From: an uncultured virus (IMG/VR IMGVR_UViG_2061766007_000883) | Lineage: Duplodnaviria > Heunggongvirae > Uroviricota > Caudoviricetes | IMG/VR virus record: IMGVR_UViG_2061766007_000883 | Strand: one strand, 5' to 3' | DNA: 59,394 nt | Part shown: positions 28,047 through 39,228 of the stretch, piece by piece | Numbering within the stretch: position 1 is the first letter of the stretch | How the letters are laid out: every line of letters starts with the position of its first letter | Position numbers and translations under genes: made by a program | The notes under the pieces: generated by a model | The model's database searches: none | What the model was told of the DNA's origin: nothing | Seen by the model: only the letters and a program-made list of their open reading frames with translations

Positions 28047-31000
28047 ATGCTCATTCATTTCAACGACGCTGTCTCCCTCGCGGGCGCCCGTACCGTCCGC
28101 TCGCCGCTCATCATCCAATACGGCGTACACACAGACTATGACTTCGAGTGCGTGGCCGGTTTGTCCAACACGCCTGTGGACATTGCGTCACGCGGATGCG
28201 TCCGCTGGGCGTTGTCCGTGTACAAGACGCCGTCCAATCCCTCGGACATCCTTGCGTCCGCCGAGTGGTTCGACAACCTTGCGACAGGCAACCACATCCG
28301 GTTCGACTTCGCGGCCACGTCCGTGGAAATGTACAAGCATGTGGCGGGCGACATGCGCGCCCCCTGCGTGCTGGAGCTGAAAGGCTTCGAGGACGGCGAG
28401 ACGGTGCCGTCCGTCGATATCGTCCTGCCTGCGGTCGCCATGACCACGTCGCAGGAACGGCGTCCTGTGGACTTGTCCACGGCGCTCATGCAGGAATTAC
28501 AGCTTGGCGTGGCCATAGCGGGTTCCGTGCAGAAGGCCGCAGAGCAGGCGGCTGACCGTGCCGAGCACGCCGCCGAACAGGCGGAAGGCGCCGCCAGCTC
28601 TGCCGCGCAGGGCGTGGCCGAGGATGTCGAAAGCCGCATGCAAGGCTACGTCAGCTCAGCCATCGAGGGCGCGTCCATAGCGGGTTCCAAGGCGGACGAG
28701 GCCGAGGGTGCCTTGTCGTCCGTCGTCGCGGCGCAAGGCCAGGTTTCCATCGACTCTGCCAACGTGTCCCGTATGCGGGACGATACGGCGGNNNNNNNNN
28801 NNNNNNNNNNNNNNNNNNNNNNNNNNNNNNNNNNNNNNNNNNNNNNNNNNNNNNNNNNNNNNNNNNNNNNNCGTCCATGTCGGCGGGCGTTTCATCCGCC
28901 ACGGGCGACATGACGTCGGTCGTGAGCGTCGTGTCCGAATACAAGGACAGCGCCTTCAACGACAAGAACCTGGCGTCGGAGTACATGTCAAACGCGTCCG
29001 GCGCCGAGAGCAAGGCGTCCAACGCGGAGGTTGCGGCGTCCAGTCACATGCGGGCGGCCTCCACGGCGGAGGACAACGTGTCGTCCATGCAGTCGGACGT
29101 CACCCAGAAGCAGTCCAACGTGACCAGCATGCAGGCAGACGTCACGCAGAAGCAGTCCAATGTCGCGTCCATGTCGACGGGCGTGGCCACCATGAGCTCC
29201 AACGTGACAAGCATGCAGGCGGATGTCACTGCCAAGCAGTCCAACGTGACCAGCATGCAGGCGGACGTATCGACTATGAGTTCCAATGTCACGTCCATGC
29301 AGGACGATGTGACGAGCAAGCAGACGGACATTACCAGCAAGCAGTCCAATGTTACGTCCATGCAAGGCGCTGTCGAGACGATGAGCTCCAACGTCGTGTC
29401 CATGCAGGATGATGTGACGAGCAAGCAGTCGAATGTCACGTCCATGCAAAGCGATGTTCAGACGATGTCGAACAACATATCGACCATGTCCAGCCAGACG
29501 CAGTCCAATGCCAACTACATATCGGGTAACATCGACAGGTCGGAACAGGCGGTGAGCTCCGCCGGGGCTCTGCTGGACAGCACGGTGAGCCAGGCCAGCG
29601 CCGCGTCATCGTCTGCGGACGTCGCGAGCTCCCAGGCGGTTATCGCAACGGACAAGGCGTCGAGCGCGGTGGAGGCCGCGCAGGATGTGGAGTCCAAGGC
29701 CAACATGGTGCGCGGCGAAGTCGAGGGCCATGTGCCCGTGCTGGATTCCAGGGGCGACCTGCAGGATTCCGATATTCCTATGAGCAATGTGGCGCAGCAG
29801 GACGGCTACTACGCTGGAGAAGGCCTTGGCGCGGCCACGGCTGAGAACTTGGTTGACCCGTACGCGACACCATCCGAAGCGGAGTTCGGTTTCAGGACGA
29901 CCGCCGGGGACTTGTCCATCAGCGAGCACGGCGTCGCTACCATCGCCAGTATGGAAGGCAGCACCGAGGTACCGAACCAGCTCGTGTTGCCGACGAACCT
30001 GAACAAGGTGTCGGGAAACGGCTCGCTGAAGGTCACGGACGCCGCTGGTGGTGAGCCCAAGGCGTTGGAGCTCAGGGGCGCCGCTCTGGTGAAGAACCAG
30101 GCTATCAAAGACAACCCGGATACTGTTAGTCCGCAGGAGTATAACGGAGTTTCATATTCATGGAGTAACAATGTCCTGACTGTTTCCGGCACAGCCACGG
30201 CTGATAGTTCTACGTATGCTGTTTATAGGTTGTTGTCCAAAGAAGTATATCCTATCAATGGACATGTGTACCTATTTAAGGCGCCGGACATAGGAGCTGT
30301 GTGGCGACTTATCTCCACACAAAATGAGGCTAAGTACGTTGACCTGGCTGCGGATACCAAATTTACGTATGGTGTTTTTGCCGACGCCAAGCATCCGTTC
30401 AATTTATATTTCAGAACCGTAAACGGTACGACATATGAGGGTTCAGGGTATATACAGCTCGTTGACCTCACCCAGCTCTTCAACGGAGACACGGCCAAAA
30501 TCAACGCCGTGCAGACCTGGGAGGATCTGGTGGCTATCATGCCCGAATACGGCCAGTACGCCGCATACAACACCGGAGAGGTCGTAGGGAGCGACGCGGG
30601 GTGGGAGGCGAGGAGTCCTATATATGACAAAACTGCGCCAATAACCAGCGCTAGGGCTTTGAACGTCAACGGCACGCTTTTCACTGACGGCAGTTTCTTC
30701 GTTACAGACTACATGCCTGTGCATCCTGGCGACATATTGCATGCCTCGTATCCCTCTGGAGGCGGCCATTCAGGCATGCATGCCTGCTTCTATTCAAGCA
30801 GCAAATCCATTGTTAGCGGCATCGCGCATGGCAACAGCATGACCAGCCAGGCATACACTGTGCCGGATAATTGCTACTGGGTCAAGGACTCCGTTCGGGT
30901 TGCAGATAGAAATACCTATGAGATGAACGTAATAAGCGCCACGCTCACCCCGTCCTCCACTCTGTTCGCGGCCAGCACCGTGTACGACAGCGAGGACGTT

Positions 31001-33882
31001 GTCTCGGGCAAGCGAACGCAGCGGATTGGCAGTTACACATTCACAGGGGAAGAAGCATGGGAGCTTACTACCATATCAAATCAGTCCTACCCTGCTAAGA
31101 CAGTTTTCCGTTGGAAGGCTTCTACCACATTGCCAGACTGGCGTATGACTGGATGGTCTGGTTATAGCGCCTTCCTGCTACCAGGTTTTGTCACAAATAA
31201 GACCTGCTTGACGTTGTTCCAGGAGAACGCCTCTTTTGAAGGTCGTGCGTTTTCCTATGATGGAGGTTATTTAGTTGCTTCTACCTCAGTTTATAACGAT
31301 GCAAGTACGTTTGCACGTAGTCTGACGGGTAAAAATCTGTACTATGAGCTTAAAACAAATATAACTACCGACGTCACTTCTACGTCCGTCACGCTGCAGG
31401 CCGGAACCAACACCTTCACACAGACCTCAGGCGTCATTCGTCAGACCACGCTCGGGCTTAATTACGACGGCACGGAATGGAGCATCCCGGCCAACCAGCG
31501 TTCCAAGTACATAACAAGGATAGACGGCGTATGGGACTACAAGACGAACGTCACCTCCATTCCGGTGGTGGGCGGAAGGGACCTTGTCTTCGACCTGACA
31601 AAATGGTATAGATACGGATACGAACCGGCTACCATCGACGAGTTCTGGAAACGGGTCCCTGCATGGAAAGGGGTCGACGTCCCCGGGTTGGAAGGTAAGA
31701 TAGTCTCATTCAATGGAGAAGCTGTCAGGTCCGTCTTCTTCAACGCCTACAACCACGCCACGGGCACGGCCGAGCTTCTCGGCGGCAACCAGTACCAGAT
31801 ATGCGGGGCGTACGAGTCGGTGTCCTATGTCAATCTGGTCGGGGAGGCCGAGACGCTTGAACCGGATGCCGATGGCTTGTTTACGCCCATCGACGACGGT
31901 GTCCTGACCGTTGTCGGAGGCAACGACACGGACACATGCGTCCATCTCACCTGGAGCGGATACAAGAACTACGGGACACCGGGGTACAAGTGGGAGCCGT
32001 ACGGGGAATCCGTCAAGGAGCTCCCCCTGAGTGAATACTATCCGCAAGGTATGCAGGGCGTAGGAACCGTAAAGGACGAACTGCAAGCCAGCAAGAGGGT
32101 CGTGAGATATGCCACGATAACGCTTGACACTCTTCAATGGAAACATAATGGCGGACACGGTTTCGAGTCCACTACCAATGTTCCGCATATCAAGCAGGCA
32201 AGCTGGACAGCGGACAGGGCGAACATCGTCTGTCCATTGTTCACGACAAATATAGACTATGACCTGTGGTACACGCGTAATGGTGTCAACAACGAGGGCA
32301 TAGGCATCTATACAAGGCATGTTAGTATCAAGGACCCAAAATCCGACACGCTGGACGAATTCCTTGAACGCATTCAGGGCGTTCCGCTAGTGTACGAAGT
32401 GGACCCAGCCTACGTGGAGACCACCGAAATCAATCCGCCGTTGATTCTGAATTACACGGCGGACGACTTCGGCACGGAGGAGCTCCTGCCGCGCAACACG
32501 CCGGAGAACATCGCCACGACGACGATGAAGGCCTTAATTAGGTATAATCTGGATTTCACCAGGACTGTCGTCCATTATTCAGAGATAGAGAACGTCGTCG
32601 AGGAGCTTGCAAAGGACAACAAGCATATCGCCAGGGACTACGGTGACTATCCCGAGATGGGAGCAGGCTACGCACGCAACCTGATAGATCCGAACGCCCC
32701 CGGCGTGGAGCGACTGTTCAGCGTGGACACATCCTGCGGAACCGCCTCCATCAGCGACAACGGCAACGGCGTCATCGAGGAGATGAAGGGCCGGACGCTC
32801 AACTGGAACCAGTGGAATCCCAACGGCGCGGCCCAGAACGGGACGAGGGGCTGGGATAACAGCACCAAGGTCGTCTCGACGGCCGATCCTGGCAATCACA
32901 TCATGAACGTGCACTTCCCTGCAGCCTGCCAGTATTATTTTGGCGGCCCTCTTACTGGCAATAGCACGTTGCCTGACGGTCATCTTGTATATGTCACCAT
33001 GTGGGCGCGGACGGACTGTACTAAAACCATTGTATTGTCGCTGTCCAACTCAATATGGGTCAACAGCATGATCGACAGCGAGAATATGACGAATTACACA
33101 GATGCCTCGTTGTCGGCGGCTGACGGATGGAAACGGATATCCTGTATCAGACAAGTTAGCCTGAGCGGTCCGCATACTGCCAGTTCCATGTATATAAAGA
33201 ACTACAGCTCCCTGCCAAACGGCATAACTTTGTCTTTCCGTGACTGTCAGACGTTCGACTTGACCGCCATGTTCGGCTATGGCAAGGAGCCACGCAAGAT
33301 AGCGGACTTCCGCGCACTGTTCCCCGAACCCTTCTACGACTACGACCCGGGCACTCCCATGAACTACAAAGGAACCGGCATCAAGACCGTCGGCTTCAAC
33401 CAGTACAAGTCCACGAACGCCTTCATCCGCGTCCGTCCGCAGCCCTACCAGATTACGGGCACGTACACGTCCCTCAACTACAGCCAGTGGCCGTTGCGCA
33501 CCGCTCCGACGGCGCTGACGCTCAACCAGGCCACGGTCTTCAACACGCTTTACAGCTACCAGAACACGTATTACACGGCGCTCGTCCCCATCGAGGCGTA
33601 CGACAACACCGCAGCCTACAAAGCAGGCGACGTCTGCGTCCACGACGGCGCGTGGTGCACAGCCATCGTCGACATCAACACGGCCGAGGAGTGGGACGAG
33701 TCCCATTGGACGGCCATCGGCGCCGAGGCGCTGGCGTTGACCAAGTATTTCCACAGCCACGCGATGTCCGTCGACGAGGACGGCGTGTTCATCCCGCCTG
33801 ACTTCGGCTGGCTGTACGTGCTGGGCGGCAACGACACGGACACATGCGTGCACTTTACCTGGAGCGGCTACAGGAACGGCGA
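28047..33882 (+). CDS. giant modular tail fibre/adhesin, N-terminal half (anchor domain, coiled-coil stalk, repeat modules 1 and 2a)
   Basis: AGGAG RBS; ORFs 28047 and 28877 joined across an N gap; heptad stalk; repeated beta-rich modules; no stop before the 10-N gap. Confidence 0.8.
29071..29490 (+). repeat. about 20 tandem 21-nt repeats encoding SNVTSMQ/ADVTQKQ heptads
   Basis: Direct reading of DNA and protein. Confidence 0.9.
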
Positions 33883-33923
33883 NNNNNNNNNNCGAGGAGC
33901 GTGTCGTCATCCCTGCCTACCGC

Positions 33924-34502
33924 GTGCTTGACGCCATCCTGCAGAACGGCATGCCGTACTGCGAGGGCGGAGGCTGCACGGCCGTCCCTGGCCCGAACTT
34001 CATGTTCACGGAACGGCCTGTCACGCAGACGCTGGACGGGGTGACCTACGTGTGGCTCGGCCTTTATGTCTACAGGATGGAGCGCGGACGGCTTGTCCTG
34101 TTGCCCGAGCCGGATGCGTCCATCCTGCGCGTCATGGCCTGCGCCGTGGTCTGGTTCAAGCATTCGCTGGCCATAGCGCCGGATGACAGCATCTGGACGG
34201 TCGCCCGCAAGATGGTGGAAGCCCTCGGCAAGCTGTACTTCGCCAAGCAGGAGGACGTGCTGGGGCTGCATTGCGTGGGCGACCGTCTGGTGCTCGAAGT
34301 CACGGAGGATACCGTCGGGCTCTACGGGCGCAAGGACGACAATCCGCTGGAACCCCTGCAGCCGCTTACAGAATCGTTCCTGAGCGAAAAAGACGCCATG
34401 ACCGCATTGCTGGCATGGTACCAGAAGAAAGTGGCTCACATGGCCAGGAAAGCGGGCGTTGAGCCTTCCGACCCGGCGGAGGGTGCCAACCATGCCGGAT
34501 GA
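33924..34502 (+). CDS. hypothetical protein, expanded family A (start uncertain)
   Basis: TQTLDGVTYVW and DAMTALLAWY motifs shared with the 36174-39069 genes. Confidence 0.6.
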   Translation: MLDAILQNGMPYCEGGGCTAVPGPNFMFTERPVTQTLDGVTYVWLGLYVYRMERGRLVLLPEPDASILRVMACAVVWFKHSLAIAPDDSIWTVARKMVEALGKLYFAKQEDVLGLHCVGDRLVLEVTEDTVGLYGRKDDNPLEPLQPLTESFLSEKDAMTALLAWYQKKVAHMARKAGVEPSDPAEGANHAG

Positions 34503-34824
34503 GGCCAAGTCAAGGATGAGCCTTCGTGAAATCGTTCTCAAGCTGATGGGCGAGGCCATGCGCCGCATCGCGGACTACCAGCTGAACGACATGGAGATAG
34601 TGATATCGCCAAGGCTCTGCGTATACGCCGGGAAGCTGAAAGTGAGCGCCGTGGCGCGCAAGTCGTGGAACGAACACTGGTGCTTCGTCGTGAAGGTCAA
34701 GGGCAAGCAGGCCGAAGGGCTGGCGTTCGGCCGCCAGGCGGCCATCGACAAGTGTGTGAGCAGTCTGGAGGCCAAGCTGGGACAGAAACTGGAGGAATTC
34801 TATGATTTACAAGATACGGAATGA
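34492..34824 (+). CDS. hypothetical protein
   Basis: GGAGG RBS. Confidence 0.65.
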   Translation: MPDEAKSRMSLREIVLKLMGEAMRRIADYQLNDMEIVISPRLCVYAGKLKVSAVARKSWNEHWCFVVKVKGKQAEGLAFGRQAAIDKCVSSLEAKLGQKLEEFYDLQDTE

Positions 34825-35388
34825 ACTGGAATGGCACGCGCTGGTCGAGATGCTGCAGAAGCATTTCCAGCGTGACATGAAAGACTGGGACTCCATCCAA
34901 AAGGACGGGGAGTTCTCGCAGACGACCGACCTCTGCCTGGAGATGCTGCGGCTCGACGACGAGGCGATGGCCATCGACGGGCAGGCCATGCAGGACGGCA
35001 TCCTCGCCATCCAGGACAAGTACGACGCTTTGCGCGACGAAATTGCCCGGAATGGCGACAGGCTCAAGGAGATTGCGTTGTGCGAAGCCTACGACAAGGA
35101 GGTCTGCGAGCTCATTATGAGAACTGTAAGGCCTCGCTACCCCGTGCTGGTCGTGGTGGACGTGCTCCATGTCCACGGCGATGTCCGGAGCATGATAGAC
35201 GAGACGCTGCTGTTGATGTCGGCGCAGAAGGACACGACACCTCCCGAATCCCCGTCGAGGCTGCCGCACCGCATGTGGCGCGAGGCGGGCAACCGCACGC
35301 CTGAGGAGATGGTCGAGGAGCTCAAGACGGCTCCCGGCCAGTGGGTGGCCACGCAGGACGGCGTGGGAGGCATCCGCGTGGATGCCGC
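34802..35388 (+). CDS. hypothetical protein (runs into the 704-N gap)
   Basis: GGAGG RBS; open to the gap. Confidence 0.65.
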
Positions 35389-36173
35389 NNNNNNNNNNNN
35401 NNNNNNNNNNNNNNNNNNNNNNNNNNNNNNNNNNNNNNNNNNNNNNNNNNNNNNNNNNNNNNNNNNNNNNNNNNNNNNNNNNNNNNNNNNNNNNNNNNNN
35501 NNNNNNNNNNNNNNNNNNNNNNNNNNNNNNNNNNNNNNNNNNNNNNNNNNNNNNNNNNNNNNNNNNNNNNNNNNNNNNNNNNNNNNNNNNNNNNNNNNNN
35601 NNNNNNNNNNNNNNNNNNNNNNNNNNNNNNNNNNNNNNNNNNNNNNNNNNNNNNNNNNNNNNNNNNNNNNNNNNNNNNNNNNNNNNNNNNNNNNNNNNNN
35701 NNNNNNNNNNNNNNNNNNNNNNNNNNNNNNNNNNNNNNNNNNNNNNNNNNNNNNNNNNNNNNNNNNNNNNNNNNNNNNNNNNNNNNNNNNNNNNNNNNNN
35801 NNNNNNNNNNNNNNNNNNNNNNNNNNNNNNNNNNNNNNNNNNNNNNNNNNNNNNNNNNNNNNNNNNNNNNNNNNNNNNNNNNNNNNNNNNNNNNNNNNNN
35901 NNNNNNNNNNNNNNNNNNNNNNNNNNNNNNNNNNNNNNNNNNNNNNNNNNNNNNNNNNNNNNNNNNNNNNNNNNNNNNNNNNNNNNNNNNNNNNNNNNNN
36001 NNNNNNNNNNNNNNNNNNNNNNNNNNNNNNNNNNNNNNNNNNNNNNNNNNNNNNNNNNNNNNNNNNNNNNNNNNNNNNNNNNNNNNNNNNNNGGACATCT
36101 TCGACGCCCTCGTCCGATGGGCGGAGGACATGCTCGCCCCTTGCGAAAGACAACAAGACAAAAGGACATCGAA

Positions 36174-36676
36174 ATGAAGGACGACATCATTCCAACGAAC
36201 CCGTCCAGCTGCACGTTCTCGCTGGGCAGGTACCGGTACGACACGATGGACGGGAAGCTCTACAGGCAGAAGGCGAAAGGCTCCCCGACGNNNNNNNNNN
36301 NNNNNNNNNNNNNNNNNNNNNNNNNNNNNNNNCCATGTTCAAGCAGTCGGGGCTCGTAATCTATCCCATAGGCGGGACCCACAACGCGGTGGCCTCGCTG
36401 GTCAACCAGCTGGCTCGCCTTGTCGGCAAACGCCCCGTCGCAGGGACGCATCTACTGGAGGACGACACCTGCAAGCACGAGTTCGTCCTCCGCGTGTGGA
36501 AGCATTACGGAAGAGACACGCTCGACGTGGAGTTCCTTGAGCAGGGCTGCATCGACCATCCCATGCGCCCCGTGCCGAAACGGCTGGNNNNNNNNNNNNN
36601 NNNNNNNNNNNNNNCAATCCGCCGCCACGAGCAACGGAAACACAAGAAGGAGAAACAGAATGGCGAAGCAAGCTAA
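36174..36676 (+). CDS. hypothetical protein, expanded family A (N gaps)
   Basis: AAGGA RBS; CTFSLGRYRYDTMDGKLY. Confidence 0.6.
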
Positions 36677-37250
36677 AATCATCGACTGCCAGTGCCCGTG
36701 CAGCCCAAGGTCCATCGGGTTCCGCGTGGCTGGCAAGAAATACACGGTCTATGCCGGAAACATCCGACAGATGGTGCCGACGGCACGCAAGGGAGAGGAG
36801 AAGGCGCGGTATCTGCCGCGTCCTTCCGTGGCCGCCCGTGCGGTGGCGCTCCAGCTGGTCGTCAAGGACATCCACGGGCTCGATGTGGATTTCAACCGGC
36901 TTTCCACACGGGATTTCCTGGACAAGGTAATCAACCACGTCAGAGGCATCGACAAGGAAGCGGCCAAAGGCGGAGTCTACACAGCGAACGCGATGGTGTT
37001 CTTCATCCCCAATGTGAAAGGCATCTATCCTCAGATCTGGTCGAGCGACGACGGCGCATGCCGGGCGATGACCGATATCAGCGACTCCTACTGCACGGAC
37101 AGGATGGACGCCGTCCGCGCCGCCTGCCTGTGGATGTCGTTCCAGCTGCAAAAGAACAAGAAGCAGCAGGAGAATCAAGACCGGCGGCTTTGCGCGAACC
37201 TCGGATTGACGGAAAAGAAGGATGCGACAGATGAAAAAGAAGTACACTGA
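36660..37250 (+). CDS. hypothetical protein, expanded family A
   Basis: AAGGAG RBS; IGFRVAGKKYTVYAG; DRMDAVRAACLW. Confidence 0.7.
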   Translation: MAKQAKIIDCQCPCSPRSIGFRVAGKKYTVYAGNIRQMVPTARKGEEKARYLPRPSVAARAVALQLVVKDIHGLDVDFNRLSTRDFLDKVINHVRGIDKEAAKGGVYTANAMVFFIPNVKGIYPQIWSSDDGACRAMTDISDSYCTDRMDAVRAACLWMSFQLQKNKKQQENQDRRLCANLGLTEKKDATDEKEVH

Positions 37251-37824
37251 CCATGACATGCCGGAACTCGCGAGCGGCGTGACGTTCGCTCTTGAGGGGT
37301 TCAGCTACGTCCTGCTGGACGGAGCTTTGTACAAGTCCCGCCGCAGGGACTCGGATTCGTCCGACCGCTTCCGCGTGATGGAACCGACACGCGGACAGCG
37401 CGAGGCCGTCATCGGCCACGTTCTCCATTACGACTTCGGCGTTCAACAGGCGGCCGGCTTCGGCTCCGCCGGGTTGGTCTGCGTCCTCCTGGCATGCGCT
37501 CTCGCCCGCAAGGCGGGACGCAAGGCGGTCGTCGGCATCCACCTGCTGACCGATCCCTTGCGCGGAGGCCATTTCGTCATGGACATCAGCCATCACGGCA
37601 AGGACGGCTTCGGAGCCTTCCTGTACGAGCAGACGGCGTACACCGGGCCCATGGAGATAATCCGCCAGCCCTTGGCGGAGCGCATGGACGCGGCCCGCGC
37701 CCTGATATCGTGGGGCAAGTCCGTCCTGCTCGCCGCCGACACGGCCAAGGCCAGGGCAAAGGCCGTCAAGGCGGCGAAGGAGGATGATGTCAGACAGGAG
37801 GAAGACCAATGCAATACCCGCTAG
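37231..37824 (+). CDS. hypothetical protein, expanded family A
   Basis: VTFALEGFSYVLLDGALY; ERMDAARALISW. Confidence 0.7.
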   Translation: MKKKYTDHDMPELASGVTFALEGFSYVLLDGALYKSRRRDSDSSDRFRVMEPTRGQREAVIGHVLHYDFGVQQAAGFGSAGLVCVLLACALARKAGRKAVVGIHLLTDPLRGGHFVMDISHHGKDGFGAFLYEQTAYTGPMEIIRQPLAERMDAARALISWGKSVLLAADTAKARAKAVKAAKEDDVRQEEDQCNTR

Positions 37825-38100
37825 CCATATTGCNNNNNNNNNNNNNNNNNNNNNNNNNNNNNNNNNNNNNNNNNNNNNNNNNNNNNNNNNNNNNNNNNNN
37901 NNNNNNNNNNNNNNNNNNNNNNNNNNNNNNNNNNNNNNNNNNNNNNNNNNNNTCGACGCACGGGACAAGTCCACGTCCAAGTACAACGTGTTCCGTGCGG
38001 CGTTCGGCGCCACGGCGGAAGAGGCGCTGCGGAACCTGGAGGACGGTCTGAAGCAGGAGGCAGGCAGTTGCCAGAAGCCGACCGGAAAGGAGGGCGAGGC

Positions 38101-39069
38101 ATGAACACCGTCATGTTTCCCACGAACGGGCGCGATGCCCGTTTCGAGTTCAAGGGCGTGTCCTACACGCTGAAGGACGGACATCTGCGCACGGACGACG
38201 GCGAGCTTGTGCGGAACCCATCCGCCAGGCTGCGCCAGCTGGCCGTCGTGTCATGCCTGGAGGACGTCGACTTCGTCAGGCGTAACAGGGACTACATGGA
38301 GAGCGGCTACCTGACCGTGAAGGAGTTGGTGAACGTGCTGGTGTGCGACCTGAGGAGGCGCTTCCCCGTCGCGAAAAAGCTCCTCGACGGAACCTTGGTC
38401 ATGGCGTGGCCGTTCATCCTGTGCACAAGGGACTGGCCACACGTCATCGAGGTCCTGGAAGAGGAGTGCGAGGCACGACGCGTGACCGGCACGGTCGCTG
38501 CCCGCATGGACGTCGTCCGCGAGCTTGTGTGGTGGTACAGGGAGCACGAGGCGGACAACGGTGCGCTCTTCCGGCGCGCCGCCAACCGCCTGCCGTCCAT
38601 TCCGTGCGCCGTCGAGTTCGTCATCGAAGGCGTCCGGTACTCGTGGAGGGACGGCGTGCTGAGTCGCTCCACGGCCGCCGGGAACATGCGTGCGGTTCGG
38701 CATCCGTCGTACCCCGTGCTGTGCGTCCTCGTGCTGAAGTACATGGAGCAGAGGTTCGCCCTGTCGTGCCCGCAGGCCGCGTACCAGGACGCGGAGTACG
38801 GTCTGATCCTTGTGGGCCATGTCTGCAGGATGCTCCACCGTGTCCTTGGAAGGCGTCTGCGCGTGCACGGACGCAAAGGAGGCCGCCCGCTGAAGTCCGA
38901 GGACATGGGCGTCTACAAGGTCGTGGCGTCGGAGGACGGGCTGCATGTGTACGACAACGACAGGAAAAGGTCGATGGACGGCATGCCGGCGGCGGAGTGG
39001 CTGGACGCCGTGGGGGCGCTGGCGGACTACGCGCAGAGGAGGCTGGACGAGAACAGAAGCATGTCCTGA
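38101..39069 (+). CDS. hypothetical protein, expanded family A with two domain copies
   Basis: RFEFKGVSYTLKDGHL...RMDVVRELVWWY, then EFVIEGVRYSWRDGVL...WLDAVGALADY. Confidence 0.72.
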   Translation: MNTVMFPTNGRDARFEFKGVSYTLKDGHLRTDDGELVRNPSARLRQLAVVSCLEDVDFVRRNRDYMESGYLTVKELVNVLVCDLRRRFPVAKKLLDGTLVMAWPFILCTRDWPHVIEVLEEECEARRVTGTVAARMDVVRELVWWYREHEADNGALFRRAANRLPSIPCAVEFVIEGVRYSWRDGVLSRSTAAGNMRAVRHPSYPVLCVLVLKYMEQRFALSCPQAAYQDAEYGLILVGHVCRMLHRVLGRRLRVHGRKGGRPLKSEDMGVYKVVASEDGLHVYDNDRKRSMDGMPAAEWLDAVGALADYAQRRLDENRSMS

Positions 39070-39086
39070 TTCGGTTCTTTCCACAT

Positions 39087-39136
39087 GAGGGAGGACCGGA
39101 CAGTCCCTGATAGGGACTGTCCAACCTTCCTCTTTT
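39087..39136 (+). terminator. long hairpin/terminator with perfect core GGACAGTCCCT-GAT-AGGGACTGTCC
   Basis: Outer arms GAGGGAGG/CCTTCCTC followed by TTTT. Confidence 0.65.
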
Positions 39137-39228
39137 ACCGTCGCGATGCGCCAACGGCAGACGTATGGTAGCGGTGCGCATACGTATACACATATAGAAC
39201 ACATAACCATATAGGAGCACATGCACAG

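Noticed and set aside
29071..29490. CRISPR array
   Set aside because: Repeats are in-frame 21-nt coding units without unique spacers; no cas genes seen.
34802..36676. Single long ORFs spanning N runs (also 17036-18142, 18906-20624, 41872-42393)
   Set aside because: Artificial fusions across gaps; internal RBS/ATG sites or terminators show separate genes.
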